From positions 220,449-244,448 of the forward strand of contig JALCMG010000002.1 in assembly GCA_022648325.1 (NCBI GenBank): 24,000 bases of DNA, given 5' to 3'. Position 1 is the first letter of the stretch. The number at the start of each line of letters is the position of its first letter. The notes under the pieces are model-generated. The model made no database searches and had not been told where the DNA came from. It saw nothing but the letters and a program-made list of their open reading frames with translations. This document shows, piece by piece, positions 23,641 to 24,000 of the stretch. This stretch comes from Olsenella sp. Lineage in GTDB: Bacteria > Actinomycetota > Coriobacteriia > Coriobacteriales > Atopobiaceae. The translations under genes and the position numbers were made by a program.

Positions 23641-23844
23641 ATGGGACTCATCTTTGGCAGGAAGAAGCACCGCAATCGCGCCGTTTACGACCCCGACGAG
23701 TTTGTGGACACCAGGCCAAGTCCGTTCCTCACGCGCGGGTTCTCCAAGGGCAGCTCGTCTCACGGATACTGCAACGAAGGCTTCCGCCAAGCAACAATCA
23801 ATCAACCCCTTAGGATGGGGAAACTCTCGGCAATGCGACGGTAG
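23641..23844 (+). CDS. Small hypothetical ORF (67 aa), doubtful
   Basis: GGAGG lies 6 nt upstream of the ATG, and the first half shows good GC3 bias. However, the 3' end overlaps the convergent partial ORF by 43 nt, and I recognise no family. Confidence 0.25.
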   Translation: MGLIFGRKKHRNRAVYDPDEFVDTRPSPFLTRGFSKGSSSHGYCNEGFRQATINQPLRMGKLSAMRR

Positions 23845-24000
23845 CGCCTATATAGTTGGCCGCTGAGCTCCCTTGTCCCGCAGGGCTCAAACACGCCGAG
23901 AAAGCGGTAGTCGCTTGCGCCCGTGATTGGATCTTTCGCCCTGACGAAAACCACGCGAGTAGAGCTGTCGCCATCGCCCTCGTAGTTTTCGCCCTTGCGG
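23802..24000 (-). CDS. C-terminal 65 codons of an unidentified protein (5' end outside window)
   Basis: The minus frame is open from the window edge to the TGA at 23804-23802: RKGENYEGDGDSSTRVVFVRAKDPITGASDYRFLGVFEPCGTRELSGQLYRRYRRIAESFPILRG. It is absent from the ORF track because there is no start in the window. GC3 bias is moderate. Confidence 0.4.
   Translation of the reverse strand, partial: RKGENYEGDGDSSTRVVFVRAKDPITGASDYRFLGVFEPCGTRELSGQLYRRYRRIAESFPILRG

Overview
High-GC (about 62-75% in hand-counted lines) chromosomal segment with strong GGAGG-type ribosome-binding sites. This looks like a Gram-positive Actinomycetota/Coriobacteriia-like genome, but that is inference only. On the left is the 3' part of a suf Fe-S cluster operon (sufD-sufS-sufU) followed by an Rrf2 regulator. 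From about 3.2 to 13.6 kb lies a compositionally distinct, lower-GC (about 47-58%) block of ten minus-strand genes. In transcription order these are a DUF871/MupG-like 6-phospho-glycosidase, a PRD-domain PTS regulator, a complete Lac/Cel-family PTS (EIIA, EIIB, EIIC), a cytoplasmic glycosylasparaginase-type Ntn hydrolase, a PepV-like M20 dipeptidase, an RDD membrane protein, a stand-alone GrdB N-terminal-domain protein and a YitT-family membrane protein. cutC lies divergent to this block, followed by a decayed oligopeptide-binding-protein pseudogene. On the right are class II fructose-bisphosphate aldolase, a Ser/Thr/Asn-rich membrane protein, and a TPP-riboswitch-controlled thiamine-precursor ABC operon (thiamine-binding protein plus ThiX/Y/Z-like). 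Next comes a 290-bp spacer packed with palindromes, then a DUF134-NifX-like fusion gene, a small membrane protein, and a GNAT acetyltransferase interrupted by an in-frame TGA. The best candidate for an undescribed system is the PTS-linked glycosylasparaginase/dipeptidase/DUF871 cluster, which I propose is a phosphotransferase-dependent route for Asn-linked GlcNAc glycoamino acids. No CRISPR arrays, rRNA, tRNA, transposases or integrases were seen.
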